Shown here piece by piece: positions 10,437-19,717 of a DNA stretch of 64,000 bases (the stretch's first letter is position 1; every line of letters starts with the position of its first letter). A model generated the notes under the pieces. That model was not told the DNA's origin and ran no database searches. It worked only from the letters and a program-made list of their open reading frames with translations. The stretch is from NCBI GenBank assembly GCA_023539445.1, contig JAKCEW010000001.1, positions 75,484 through 139,483 of the forward strand, given 5' to 3'. Made by a program: the position numbers and the translations under genes. The DNA is from Candidatus Terraquivivens yellowstonensis. Lineage in GTDB: Archaea; Thermoproteota; Nitrososphaeria_A; Caldarchaeales; Wolframiiraptoraceae.

Positions 10437-10993
10437 GCCTCAAGCCCCTCCATCTTTTTATACACATATATGCCGTCAAGGAACTTCCTTGGGTCCTTTT
10501 TCTTGATACGCGTGGCGTTCTCTATGTTAGCGGCGGTTTGTCCAACAGCATATTTGTCTACGCCCGATACTATCACCTCCTCACCTTTTACGACAACCTT
10601 AGTATTACCAACAATCTTCGCACGTCTCTTGTATCTTTCACCTAAGAAGTTCTCGATTATCACCTCGTTCCCTGAAACCTTTACACTTATTGGAAAGTGT
10701 GAAGCAACGACCTTCATTTTGTACGTGAAACCTTTCGTGACGCCTGTTAGCATGTTTTCAATGATAGATACCGCGGTACCCAGCATCGCTCTTGACCTTC
10801 TTTTATTACCTGGTATCCTTACCACGATTTCTTTACCGTCTAAGGATAACCCTATGCCCATGTGCGAGAAGTCATACTCATTTGAACCCAGTTTTCCCGT
10901 AATTTTGAGCCTGAAACCCTCTAGGCTCACCTTCACATCGTCAGGTATCTGTATCCTTTCTTCGAGACTCTCTAGCTTAGTAGACATAGCCAA
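10433..10993 (-). CDS. rpl6: 50S ribosomal protein uL6
   Basis: 186 aa two-domain L6, in the expected position after uS8. Confidence 0.9.
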   Translation of the reverse strand: MAMSTKLESLEERIQIPDDVKVSLEGFRLKITGKLGSNEYDFSHMGIGLSLDGKEIVVRIPGNKRRSRAMLGTAVSIIENMLTGVTKGFTYKMKVVASHFPISVKVSGNEVIIENFLGERYKRRAKIVGNTKVVVKGEEVIVSGVDKYAVGQTAANIENATRIKKKDPRKFLDGIYVYKKMEGLEA

Positions 10994-11366
10994 GTAATCT
11001 CCCCCCTATTCCAAGAGACCTTGCCTCTGTATGCGCCATGACTCCTTTCGGCGTAGTTACTATAAGGATGCCTATATCCTTACCTGGTAGATACTGCTCC
11101 TCCCACTTTTCAAACTCATCTTTTCGAACGCTGAAATGAGGCTTTATAGGGGCCGACCTGTTAATCCTGCCGAGGAGCTGTATCCTAAACTTTCCACCTC
11201 TGCCGTCTTCTATGTATTCAAACGCGCCTATGTAACCATGTTTTTGAAGCACCTTTAACACGTTCGCGATAAGTTTTGAGGCTGGGTAGATGCATTCTCT
11301 CTTCCTTGCCATCTCGTTGTTCTGTAACGTTGTGAAAAGACCTGAAATTAAGTCGTGCCTTGTCAA
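10977..11366 (-). CDS. rps8: 30S ribosomal protein uS8
   Basis: HGYIGAFEYIEDGRGGKFRIQLLGRIN...TPKGVMAHTEAR is S8. Confidence 0.9.
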   Translation of the reverse strand: MTRHDLISGLFTTLQNNEMARKRECIYPASKLIANVLKVLQKHGYIGAFEYIEDGRGGKFRIQLLGRINRSAPIKPHFSVRKDEFEKWEEQYLPGKDIGILIVTTPKGVMAHTEARSLGIGGRLLGYVY

Positions 11367-11377
11367 AATCGTTCACC

Positions 11378-11539
11378 TCACTCGTAAACCTTGAAGCCCA
11401 TCTCAGGAGCCACTTCGTTTATGCAACGCCGGCATAGGTAGAGCTTATACTTCCTTATCACACCATCTGTCGTTCCGCAACGCCTGCACTTCACGACGCC
11501 CTTACCGAACTTTCTTTCCTTCGGTGGTTTATGCTTCAT
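11378..11539 (-). CDS. rps14: 30S ribosomal protein uS14, type Z (zinc-binding)
   Basis: It is absent from the ORF track because it is 53 aa. Reverse-strand translation gives MKHKPPKERKFGKGVVKCRRCGTTDGVIRKYKLYLCRRCINEVAPEMGFKVYE, with CxxC...CxxC, in the expected slot between uL5 and uS8. Confidence 0.8.
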   Translation of the reverse strand: MKHKPPKERKFGKGVVKCRRCGTTDGVIRKYKLYLCRRCINEVAPEMGFKVYE

Positions 11540-12071
11540 GCCCCTCACCCACTATCTTAACGTTAAAGTTCTGCTTAATGTACTCCATTGCCTCCTTTGG
11601 TGTTACTCTGTGGTTCTTGCCAACTTTGGACCTCGCCCTCCTCCTCAGCGAAACCCTGAGGCCGGGCCTCGAAATATGCACGCATATATCCATACCGATT
11701 GTTCCGAGTGCAGGATCATACTTTGTACCGGGGATGTCTAAGTGCTCCCTAATTCCGAAAGAAAAATTGCCGTTGGAATCAAAGTTAGATGCTTTGAGCG
11801 TATTGTTGACCGCTTTCAGCGCTCTCGTTAAAAACTCGACGGCCTTTTGCTTTCTTAGCGTAACCCTGAGAGCTATCGGCTCGCCTTTATGTATTCCGAA
11901 TCCCTTAACGGTCTTTTTTGCCTTTCTAATCTGAGGTTTCTGTCCAGTTAGGCTTTCGAGAATCTTGGCCGCTTTCTCCAGTTTGGCCCCACTCTCACCT
12001 ACTGAACAATTGACAGTAACCTTCTCTATTCTCAATCGCCTCATCACGTTGCTAACTTCTAACAAGCTCAT
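11529..12071 (-). CDS. rpl5: 50S ribosomal protein uL5
   Basis: 180 aa L5 (RIEKVTVNCSVGESGAKLEKA...). Confidence 0.9.
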   Translation of the reverse strand: MSLLEVSNVMRRLRIEKVTVNCSVGESGAKLEKAAKILESLTGQKPQIRKAKKTVKGFGIHKGEPIALRVTLRKQKAVEFLTRALKAVNNTLKASNFDSNGNFSFGIREHLDIPGTKYDPALGTIGMDICVHISRPGLRVSLRRRARSKVGKNHRVTPKEAMEYIKQNFNVKIVGEGHEA

Positions 12072-12787
12072 GCTAAGCTCACCATAGGAGCATCCTCACC
12101 AACCACCATAATGTACGAGAGAAGCGTCGTTACCTTTCCATCTTTGACGTCAAGGGTAACCATTGGTTTAGCAGGATAGGTGACGTCCTTCTTAATTTCG
12201 ATTATTCTGCCGTGCTTCCCCTCTTCTGGTCCTTTAATTACGAGGGCGTAATTGCCCTCGGAGAGCTTTAGATGTTTGACGATTTTTCTTTCAGGTAAAG
12301 ATATGACCAAAGAGTCTCCAGTTTTGTACGATAGTACATCAGCTCCAACTTCCTTAAACCTGAAGTTATTCCCATCATGAAGCGTTAATTGAAGATGACC
12401 CCCATTCACATGCATCTTTCTAATGATTTTACCTATTTTGAGAGTAGCCTCATCCTCTTGTATTTTGATTAAACCTAGACCTTTTCTATATGTTGGTATT
12501 ATGCGGAAGTGCTCGCCCGCTTCAGGTATTGAAACAACATCCATAAGACCGACCGGGAATTTGTGATCCGTTATAACCCTCCAGTCCACGAGTACCTTCC
12601 TTTCCTTGATTATTTTTCTAGCCTCGACCATAGTTTCTGCATACTTGAGATGATCTCTTAGCAGTATGCCAAGGGGTATGCACTCCTTTGCCGGATGAGG
12701 ACCTGGAGAGGGCTTGACGGCAAACTTTGCGGCTTTTACAGGTATCCTAAAATGTCGTGGGGCTGCATACCTTTTCAAGTGACCCAT
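12068..12787 (-). CDS. rps4e: 30S ribosomal protein eS4
   Basis: MGHLKRYAAPRHFRIPVKAAKF is the S4e N-terminus; 239 aa. Confidence 0.9.
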   Translation of the reverse strand: MGHLKRYAAPRHFRIPVKAAKFAVKPSPGPHPAKECIPLGILLRDHLKYAETMVEARKIIKERKVLVDWRVITDHKFPVGLMDVVSIPEAGEHFRIIPTYRKGLGLIKIQEDEATLKIGKIIRKMHVNGGHLQLTLHDGNNFRFKEVGADVLSYKTGDSLVISLPERKIVKHLKLSEGNYALVIKGPEEGKHGRIIEIKKDVTYPAKPMVTLDVKDGKVTTLLSYIMVVGEDAPMVSLA

Positions 12788-12793
12788 AACACT

Positions 12794-13168
12794 CTACCCC
12801 TCCTTGGGCAGTCTAGCCTCCAGGATTTGCTTTCTATACTTATCTTCGAGGTTCAGCGAGGTTATCATTACGTTTGATACATGTATGGGCCTCGGTTTAA
12901 CACGCCCGTCTGCCTTCTTTATCGTGACGTTCTCGACAAATACTCTCTGCCTTCTCCTATCAACACCCGTTACCTTCCCTTCAACGCCCTTAAACTCTCC
13001 TACAAGTATCTTAACAGTATCGCCCTTTCTTACAGGGAATGACCTTCTGCCATACTTTTCCCTCAGTTCAGGAGAAAGATGGGCCGACATGAGTTTAGAG
13101 AGTCTATGGAGCGGGGCATTATACAAAAACTTTCTTTGCTTTCTCGGTTTCTTTGATAAAACCTTCAT
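12794..13168 (-). CDS. rpl24: 50S ribosomal protein uL24
   Basis: KOW motif [20 protein letters not shown]. Confidence 0.9.
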   Translation of the reverse strand: MKVLSKKPRKQRKFLYNAPLHRLSKLMSAHLSPELREKYGRRSFPVRKGDTVKILVGEFKGVEGKVTGVDRRRQRVFVENVTIKKADGRVKPRPIHVSNVMITSLNLEDKYRKQILEARLPKEG

Positions 13169-13178
13169 ATTATATCAC

Positions 13179-13622
13179 CTACACTATGATGCTGGCGGCA
13201 TTTGCTATTCTCGGCCACCTCTCGGCCGCCTCCTTCGCCACAGGGCCTTTTATTTCAGTACCTTTTAACCCACCGTCCGGCGTCATCAAAACAGCAGCAG
13301 TGTCCTCGAAGAATATCCAAGTACCATCAGGCCTCCTGTAAGGCTTCTTCTGCCTTATTATAACCGCCTGCATGACCTTCTTTCTGAGGTCTATAGGTCC
13401 TTTTGCAACAGTGACCGAGACTAGGTCGCCTACACACGCGGCAGGTTGGCGTCTCAGTCTACCTTTATAACCATGCACTTGAATTATTTTTAAAATACGT
13501 GCCCCTGTGTTATCTGCACACACGACATGAGCTCCAACATTTATTGTCCTAGGTATGTTCGGCCTCCTTTCAAGGACACCTACCGCCGCGACTGCCCTAG
13601 ACTTCTTAGCCAACCTTACCAC
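13179..13622 (-). CDS. rpl14: 50S ribosomal protein uL14
   Basis: [17 protein letters not shown] is the L14 signature. Confidence 0.9.
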   Translation of the reverse strand: MVRLAKKSRAVAAVGVLERRPNIPRTINVGAHVVCADNTGARILKIIQVHGYKGRLRRQPAACVGDLVSVTVAKGPIDLRKKVMQAVIIRQKKPYRRPDGTWIFFEDTAAVLMTPDGGLKGTEIKGPVAKEAAERWPRIANAASIIV

Positions 13623-13950
13623 CTCCGAGCTTTTCTACGACTACAAAGCTGACGGTCTTGCTGATGGGTCTGCACTCAGCTATCTTCACTTGGTCACCCA
13701 CTTGAACTTCTATGCATGGTGGACAATGGGCTGGTATGTTGCTCCTCCTTCTCTCGTAACGCTTGTACTTTTTCACGTAATGTAAATAATCCCTCCTAAC
13801 AATTATCGTATTCTTCATCCTTTTCTTGTAAACTGTACCTGTAAGAATTATTCCTCTAACCTTAAGGTGGCCGTGAAATGGACATAACTGATCGTTACAG
13901 GTCCCCTCAGGAGGCTTCACTTGAATGCCTATATTTCTCACGTTTACCAC
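13606..13950 (-). CDS. rps17: 30S ribosomal protein uS17
   Basis: OB-fold S17 ([31 protein letters not shown]). Confidence 0.9.
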   Translation of the reverse strand: MVNVRNIGIQVKPPEGTCNDQLCPFHGHLKVRGIILTGTVYKKRMKNTIIVRRDYLHYVKKYKRYERRRSNIPAHCPPCIEVQVGDQVKIAECRPISKTVSFVVVEKLGGGKVG

Positions 13951-14234
13951 TTTCTCACCACCCTTTTCAACCTATCCTCAGGCCTTCCTACCAAAACGGC
14001 CCCGTCTACCTTCACACATGAGCCATCCGGAAGCTTAAATGAGAATATGCATGTTTCTTTCGGGAAATTTTTCTTCCCCTTAGTTAGTTGTACGCTGAGC
14101 ATGTTCCTACTTTCACCGACAACTATTCCAGAGAATTTCTGTTGCCTTCCGTTTTTCCACTCCACATCAACATTTAGACCTAGTAATTCATGCCTTATAA
14201 TGTTCTTTGCTGTAAGTTCAGCGTGCAATTGCAT
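13944..14234 (-). CDS. rnp1: RNase P protein component 1 (Rpp29/Pop4 homolog)
   Basis: 96 aa with an Sm-like core and the ...[18 protein letters not shown] motif. It sits at the conserved position between uL29 and uS17. Confidence 0.75.
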   Translation of the reverse strand: MQLHAELTAKNIIRHELLGLNVDVEWKNGRQQKFSGIVVGESRNMLSVQLTKGKKNFPKETCIFSFKLPDGSCVKVDGAVLVGRPEDRLKRVVRKW

Positions 14235-14406
14235 GCCCCTTCACCTTCCTTTCCCTAAGTATGGTAAGTATTCTAGCAATCCTCCTTCTGATATTGCGCG
14301 CTCTCGTTGGTTTTTCAACGGCTCCACCCGTCGCTATCTTAGTCATAAGGTCTCTATATTCTGCTCTCAGGTTGTTGAGTTCTTTTAACAATTCCTCGTC
14401 ACTCAT
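14218..14406 (-). CDS. rpl29: 50S ribosomal protein uL29. The frame is open to 14502, but the likely start is the ATG giving MSDEELLKEL, which avoids overlap with uS3.
   Basis: SDEELLKELNNLRAEYRDLMTKIATGG is L29. The upstream extension in the ORF track overlaps the end of uS3 and is probably not translated. Confidence 0.8.
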   Translation of the reverse strand: MSDEELLKELNNLRAEYRDLMTKIATGGAVEKPTRARNIRRRIARILTILRERKVKGHAIAR

Positions 14407-14419
14407 GCTTCTTAATTCT

Positions 14420-15058
14420 TTAAGCTCCTTGATCACTCCCCCCACCCGCCTTCTCCACCTGTGCAGGTTGAGCAATCTTAACCTCTTCCGGCAATGGAGC
14501 ATCCGGAGGATATATCGAGACCTTTATGCCATAAAGTCCCGTTTTAAGCAAAACACTAGCTGTACCTCTTTTAACATATTTTTCTGCAGGGTCACCAGAC
14601 TTAGGTATGATTCCTTCGCTATACTTTTCGCTCCTTGCCCTAGCCGATGTAAGCTTCCCGCTAATTTCTATTTCGGCACCTTTTGCGCCAGCATCCATAA
14701 TTCTTCTTAACGCCCAAAAAGCTACGCGTCTGTACCTTGCGCCCCTTTCAATAGCAGACGCTATACGTTGGGCCATGACGTAAGGATTAAGTTCCGGGAC
14801 CTCCACCTCGGCGACTGTTACCTGTGGATTCTCTACACCAAACCTACTCTCGAGCACGCTAGATATTTCTTTTATGACACGCCCCTTAGAACCTATAACA
14901 CGTCCGGGCCTCATAGCGTATATCGTAACCCTTGTGCCGATTGGGGTGAAGGCTATATCAACGCCACCGAATATAGCGTCTTTAAGCTCGTTCTTCAAAT
15001 ATTCTTCTATTTCCTGTTTTTGAATGCTTGTTCTAAGTAACTTCTTGATTGCAGACAT
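14420..15058 (-). CDS. rps3: 30S ribosomal protein uS3
   Basis: KH domain plus S3 C-terminal domain; 212 aa. Confidence 0.9.
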   Translation of the reverse strand: MSAIKKLLRTSIQKQEIEEYLKNELKDAIFGGVDIAFTPIGTRVTIYAMRPGRVIGSKGRVIKEISSVLESRFGVENPQVTVAEVEVPELNPYVMAQRIASAIERGARYRRVAFWALRRIMDAGAKGAEIEISGKLTSARARSEKYSEGIIPKSGDPAEKYVKRGTASVLLKTGLYGIKVSIYPPDAPLPEEVKIAQPAQVEKAGGGSDQGA

Positions 15059-15060
15059 GG

Positions 15061-15516
15061 CTACACCGCCTCACCTACTACCTCTATATGCACGAGTGTT
15101 TTGAAATATGGCGAAGACCTACCGAATGCCCTTTCAATGTACTTTTTTATGGTCCTGCCCTTGTGGGCAGCCGCGTGAATTATTTTGATATTCTCGGGCG
15201 ATAGACCCTTAAACTCAGCATTCGCTTCCAAACTCTCCAACAGCTTTAACATCTTACGTGCAATCTTAATTGGGTACCCACCGGGCCCCTTTGTGGCCCG
15301 TTTGTGGGCCCTTTTTTTCTTATAACGTCTGTAAGGAATCATGCGCTTTCCATTAATGACGTCTTCCATAAGTTGCTTTGCCTCACTAAGCTTTAGTCCT
15401 ACGATGGCTCTACAAACCTCCCTCGAAAATTTTGGAGATAGATCTACCTCTCTGAGGCTAGCCTTGACAGTCTTGTCCGGATCCAATCCTTGGATTGAAT
15501 ATCCCCATTCTGGCAT
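15061..15516 (-). CDS. rpl22: 50S ribosomal protein uL22
   Basis: 151 aa L22. It is the first gene of this block, and no uS19, uL2 or uL23 lies upstream. Confidence 0.9.
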   Translation of the reverse strand: MPEWGYSIQGLDPDKTVKASLREVDLSPKFSREVCRAIVGLKLSEAKQLMEDVINGKRMIPYRRYKKKRAHKRATKGPGGYPIKIARKMLKLLESLEANAEFKGLSPENIKIIHAAAHKGRTIKKYIERAFGRSSPYFKTLVHIEVVGEAV

Positions 15517-15656
15517 GACGTGCTAGTTGCCCTAGCGGAAAGTGGTAGTAATAAACCTTTTTAGCACAAAAACTTTAGAAAGCGGCCCTTTGCCCGAAAT
15601 GGGCTTTAGAGCCGAAAAACGTTTTTAGTAGGCTGTCACATATAAACTGGGAAATA

Positions 15657-16658
15657 ATGCCCTCCCACAAAAGGGTCTTACAGCTCACTGGCGGTGGATC
15701 ATACGCAATAACGCTCCCAAAGAGCTGGGTTAAGAGGCTGGATATTACAGAGGGTACTACGCTTAACGTCGAAGTACTAGAAGATGGCTCTCTACTCATA
15801 ACACCGGAGGACAGGAAGTTAACAAAGGACATGAGTGAGATAGTAATAGAAGATAGCCCGGCGATCGTGAGGGACATAGTAGGTAGCTATCTGATGGGCT
15901 TTAACATCATTAGGTTAAAATCATCAAAGCCATTTAAGATCGAGACAGTTAACGAAATAAGGAAATGTGTGAGAAGGCTGGCTGGGGCCGAGATAATTGA
16001 AGAGCTACCCAATAGCATGGAAATACAGATACTCCTTGACCCCGAAGCCGTAACTCCAGACAAGGTCCTAAGGCGTATGGGTTCACTTGTTAATAGCATG
16101 GTGTCAGATTCTTTCACCTCAGTTATGAATGGTGACTTAAATCTAGCCGAGAAAAGTTTGCAACGCGATGAAGAAGTCGACAGACATTACTTCACACTTG
16201 TTAGGATAGTGCGATTTGCGATAAGAGACCCAGAAATTGCTAAGAAAATAGGTCTCTCCCAACTCAGGTTAATGGACTTTAGACTCGTTGCAAAATTCCT
16301 CGAGGATAGTGGTGATCATGCCGCCTCGATATCTATGGAGGTGCTGAAAAATAAGGGGCCACAAATACCTGAAAATATGATGAACACTTTCATTCAGTTA
16401 AACGATATACTCACGAAGAATGGCACAGAATCGATAGAAGCTTTCATTTCAGAAGACGTTTCTTTAGCACTTAAGGTTTTGGAGAGAAGGGGCGAATATA
16501 GCAAGCTCTATGAAGCGATAATTTCTTCCTTAAACTACGCGCCTGATGACCTTCGAAACTATATGACAAAGATAATTTTGAACATTGAGAGGATAAATGA
16601 GAACAATGTTGACATAGCTGAGCTGACCGCCCCGATAACTGTTAAAGCTTTGCCATAA
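15657..16658 (+). CDS. PhoU-domain protein with an N-terminal AbrB/SpoVT-like DNA-binding domain (putative phosphate-uptake regulator)
   Basis: N-terminal LQLTGGGSYAITLPKSWVKRLDITEGTTL swapped-hairpin motif, then two PhoU-like helical repeats. Confidence 0.65.
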   Translation: MPSHKRVLQLTGGGSYAITLPKSWVKRLDITEGTTLNVEVLEDGSLLITPEDRKLTKDMSEIVIEDSPAIVRDIVGSYLMGFNIIRLKSSKPFKIETVNEIRKCVRRLAGAEIIEELPNSMEIQILLDPEAVTPDKVLRRMGSLVNSMVSDSFTSVMNGDLNLAEKSLQRDEEVDRHYFTLVRIVRFAIRDPEIAKKIGLSQLRLMDFRLVAKFLEDSGDHAASISMEVLKNKGPQIPENMMNTFIQLNDILTKNGTESIEAFISEDVSLALKVLERRGEYSKLYEAIISSLNYAPDDLRNYMTKIILNIERINENNVDIAELTAPITVKALP

Positions 16659-16705
16659 CTCAGCGATAGGAAATCTTAAATCTTATAAAATATAATGTAT
16701 ATAGC

Positions 16706-17374
16706 ATGGTAACGATAAAATGGCTTGGTCATGCGGCTTTTGAGATTAATATGGCTGATAAGATAGTTTTGATAGATCCATTCTTGAAGGATAATCCTAA
16801 GGCAGCGGTAAAGCCTGATGAAATCCCGAAAGTTGACGTGATAGTTGTAACGCATAATCACTTTGACCACTTTGCAGATGCCGTCGAGATTGCCAAGAAG
16901 CATGGTGCTAGTTTCGTTGCAGTTTACGAAACCGCTAACGCGGCAGCAGAACAGGGTGTTGAGAGGGTTGTTGGGCTTAACGTCGGTGGAACGGTGAAGA
17001 TTGATGGTTTGTCTATTACATTAACGCCCGCTTTCCATTCATGCACATCAAACCCATCCGGTGTCGTTCTATCTGACGGTAAAGTATCGATCTACCATGC
17101 TGGTGACACTTCGCTCTTTGGTGATATGAAGCTAATCGGCCAACTATACAAGCCTCGTGTGGCATTACTGCCAATCGGGGGTTTCTACACAATGGGCCCG
17201 TTAGAGGCGGCCGTTGCTACGGCACTCATAAAACCTAAGGTCGTGATACCGCACCACTATGGGACATTTGACCCCATAAACCAAGATCCGAACGAATTCG
17301 CAAAACTTGTACGAAGGAAGGCAAAAGGTGTAAAAGTTATAATATTGAAACCGGGAGAGTCTTACGAATTATAA
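16706..17374 (+). CDS. Metallo-beta-lactamase-fold metal-dependent hydrolase (UPF0173 family)
   Basis: MVTIKWLGHAAFEI...VVTHNHFDHF motif block. Confidence 0.8.
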   Translation: MVTIKWLGHAAFEINMADKIVLIDPFLKDNPKAAVKPDEIPKVDVIVVTHNHFDHFADAVEIAKKHGASFVAVYETANAAAEQGVERVVGLNVGGTVKIDGLSITLTPAFHSCTSNPSGVVLSDGKVSIYHAGDTSLFGDMKLIGQLYKPRVALLPIGGFYTMGPLEAAVATALIKPKVVIPHHYGTFDPINQDPNEFAKLVRRKAKGVKVIILKPGESYEL

Positions 17375-17505
17375 AAATGGATTGCGAGTTTTATCTCCCC
17401 ACATTTTTTGCTCTCTTAAAAAATATACATAGATGCAAAATTGTGGAGCTGACATAACGCTTAATTTTTTCCTAAAATTTCTTTGAAGTTTCAGGTTGGA
17501 GAGCC

Positions 17506-18513
17506 ATGTCCCTCCGCGACGTGGATGAGGAAGTATACGACATAACGATAGTCGGTGGCGGACCAGTTGGCTTATTCGCAACATTCTATTCGGGCATTAG
17601 GAACATGAAAACGAAACTGATTGAAGCACTCCCTCATCTCGGCGGTCAACTTTCGACACTTTATCCTGATAAATACATTCGCGACGTGCCCGGCTACACG
17701 AAGATACTTGCACGGGATTTTGTCAAAAAGTTAGAGGAACAGGCCATGCAATTCAACCCAACCATCAGGTTGAACGAAAAGGTCATCGCTTTAAGACGTT
17801 TGGATGAAAAACTCATAGAGCTGGAAACCACGAGAGGTCTTCATTACAGTAAAACAGTTTTGCTTGCGACCGGCATGGGTGCGATATCCATGAAGAAACT
17901 TGGGATACCGAGTGTTGATAGGTTTGAGGGAAGGGGTGTTTTCTACGCGGTCACGGATAAGTGGGCATTTAAGGGTAAAAAAGTCATGATAGTCGGTGGT
18001 GGTGATTCTGCGGTTGATTGGGCTTTAAATTTGAAAGACGTGGCCTCCGAAGTGATGCTTGTCCATCGTAGGGCAGGTTTTAGAGCGCAAGAAGCAAAAA
18101 TATCAGAACTCTTCCATTCAAATATTCGTGTATTTATTCCTTACGTCGTAAAGGATGCACATGGTACAGAAAGGCTGGAAGTTGTTACGTTAACCAATAT
18201 AGAGACAGGTGAAGAAATTACCTTAGAGATAGACTCTCTCATACCGCAGATTGGTTATGAAATGAACAACTCGTTCTATAAGAGTTGGGGGCTTGATGTG
18301 GATGAGCGTGGTATAAAGGTGAACGAAAAAATGGAGACTAGTGTGCCTGGCATTTTCGCGGCAGGAGATGTAGCAAGCCCAATAAACTCTATCAAACTAA
18401 ATTTAATAACTATGGGCCTCGCGCAGGCCATAATAGCTGTCAATTGTGCTAAGAACTACATAGAGCCTAGCGCCCCCATGTTCCCAGGATACACTGCTAA
18501 CTTAAGATTATAG
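17506..18513 (+). CDS. FAD-dependent pyridine-nucleotide disulfide oxidoreductase (thioredoxin reductase / ferredoxin-NADP reductase-like)
   Basis: Two Rossmann motifs, ITIVGGGPVGLFA and VMIVGGGDSAVDWA; 335 aa. Confidence 0.8.
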   Translation: MSLRDVDEEVYDITIVGGGPVGLFATFYSGIRNMKTKLIEALPHLGGQLSTLYPDKYIRDVPGYTKILARDFVKKLEEQAMQFNPTIRLNEKVIALRRLDEKLIELETTRGLHYSKTVLLATGMGAISMKKLGIPSVDRFEGRGVFYAVTDKWAFKGKKVMIVGGGDSAVDWALNLKDVASEVMLVHRRAGFRAQEAKISELFHSNIRVFIPYVVKDAHGTERLEVVTLTNIETGEEITLEIDSLIPQIGYEMNNSFYKSWGLDVDERGIKVNEKMETSVPGIFAAGDVASPINSIKLNLITMGLAQAIIAVNCAKNYIEPSAPMFPGYTANLRL

Positions 18514-18574
18514 TGAAATACATAAAACTTATTTAAAACGAGTGAGGCTCTAATCGGACAGTTAGGGCTGATGT

Positions 18575-19522
18575 ATGAAGGTATCAGGACATCTTGTAGG
18601 TCCGCAACCGCGCTCGGAAGAACTCATGAAAGTTTACAGAGAGTATGCAAAAGGTAAGCTCGCTAAGCAAGCTTTAGATGAAGTGATAAGAAAAGAGACT
18701 GAAGAGAACGTCAAGATCCAAATGGAAAATGATTTTACTGTAATCATAGATGGTATGTTGAATTGGCACGATCTTTTAAGACCGTTTGCGGAAAGGCTAA
18801 GCGGAGTAGAGGTTGGCGGTCTTGCTAGATGGTTTGATAACAACGTATTCTACAAACAACCTGTGATCGTAGGAAAGGTCGAAAGGACGAGGCCGTTACT
18901 TGAAAATATGATTTTTTATGACCTAGTGCCGCCAAGAAAGCTTAAGGTAATCGTTCCTGACCCATACACATTTTCAAAGCTTTCAGTTAATAAAAGTTAT
19001 AGAAGATTTGAAGACCTAGTTTACGATGTTGCTGAAGCTATGGCAGAAGAGATTCGCGTACTTCCTGCCGTACATGTTCAGTTAACAGCGCCCAGCTTAG
19101 TCTATGAAAAACTTCCTAAGGATGAGATAGAGTTGGCGATGAATGCTGTTGAGATTGTAAGAAGAAAATACGTAGGCACACTGTCTATCCATACTTGTTT
19201 TGGAAGTGTTGTTAACGCTATGCCCGAGCTTTTAGATTTTCCGGTTGACATCATTGGTGTAGATATGACAGTTACGTCATTCAAGGACTTGAAGGATTAC
19301 GACTTCACAAAAATTTTGGGAATAGGTTGCGTTGACGCTCGAAACACGGTAATTGAGACGCCGGACGAGATTGTCTCAACAGTCATGAGGGTCTTCTCAG
19401 AAACTTCGGTCAAACAAGTGTACGTAAGCCCGAGCGCTGGATTAGAGTTTTTACCAAACAACGTAGCAAACATAAAAATAAGGAACATAGGTTTTGCTCT
19501 AAAGCTCCTGAGGGAGGTGTGA
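18575..19522 (+). CDS. metE: Cobalamin-independent methionine synthase, N-terminal (non-catalytic) domain homolog
   Basis: MetE N-domain-like, with GGLARWFDNNVFYKQP resembling the MetE N-domain block MTKWFDTNYHY. It ends at a TGA at 19520-19522 and shares a reading frame with the next gene. Confidence 0.7.
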   Translation: MKVSGHLVGPQPRSEELMKVYREYAKGKLAKQALDEVIRKETEENVKIQMENDFTVIIDGMLNWHDLLRPFAERLSGVEVGGLARWFDNNVFYKQPVIVGKVERTRPLLENMIFYDLVPPRKLKVIVPDPYTFSKLSVNKSYRRFEDLVYDVAEAMAEEIRVLPAVHVQLTAPSLVYEKLPKDEIELAMNAVEIVRRKYVGTLSIHTCFGSVVNAMPELLDFPVDIIGVDMTVTSFKDLKDYDFTKILGIGCVDARNTVIETPDEIVSTVMRVFSETSVKQVYVSPSAGLEFLPNNVANIKIRNIGFALKLLREV

Positions 19523-19717
19523 CCTATAACTATCCATAGGTTATTCCCAACACAAGAAGTCGGGAGCCTCTCTAAAGCACCTTTCCTACGAAGGAGATTA
19601 TCTGAAGAGCATATAAGAATCTCAAGAGATTGGGCTATTCGCATAGGTGTAGAAAACTTTGAAGAGTTAATCGCACAACTTAAGCCCGGCATACAAAGCG
19701 ATGAGAAGTTAAAAAGC

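Noticed and set aside
19520-19522. Selenocysteine incorporation at the in-frame TGA between the MetE domains
   Set aside because: The position lies in a non-conserved interdomain linker. No SECIS-like structure is evident nearby, and no Sec machinery is indicated in this window. Read-through, re-initiation or a mutation is more plausible.
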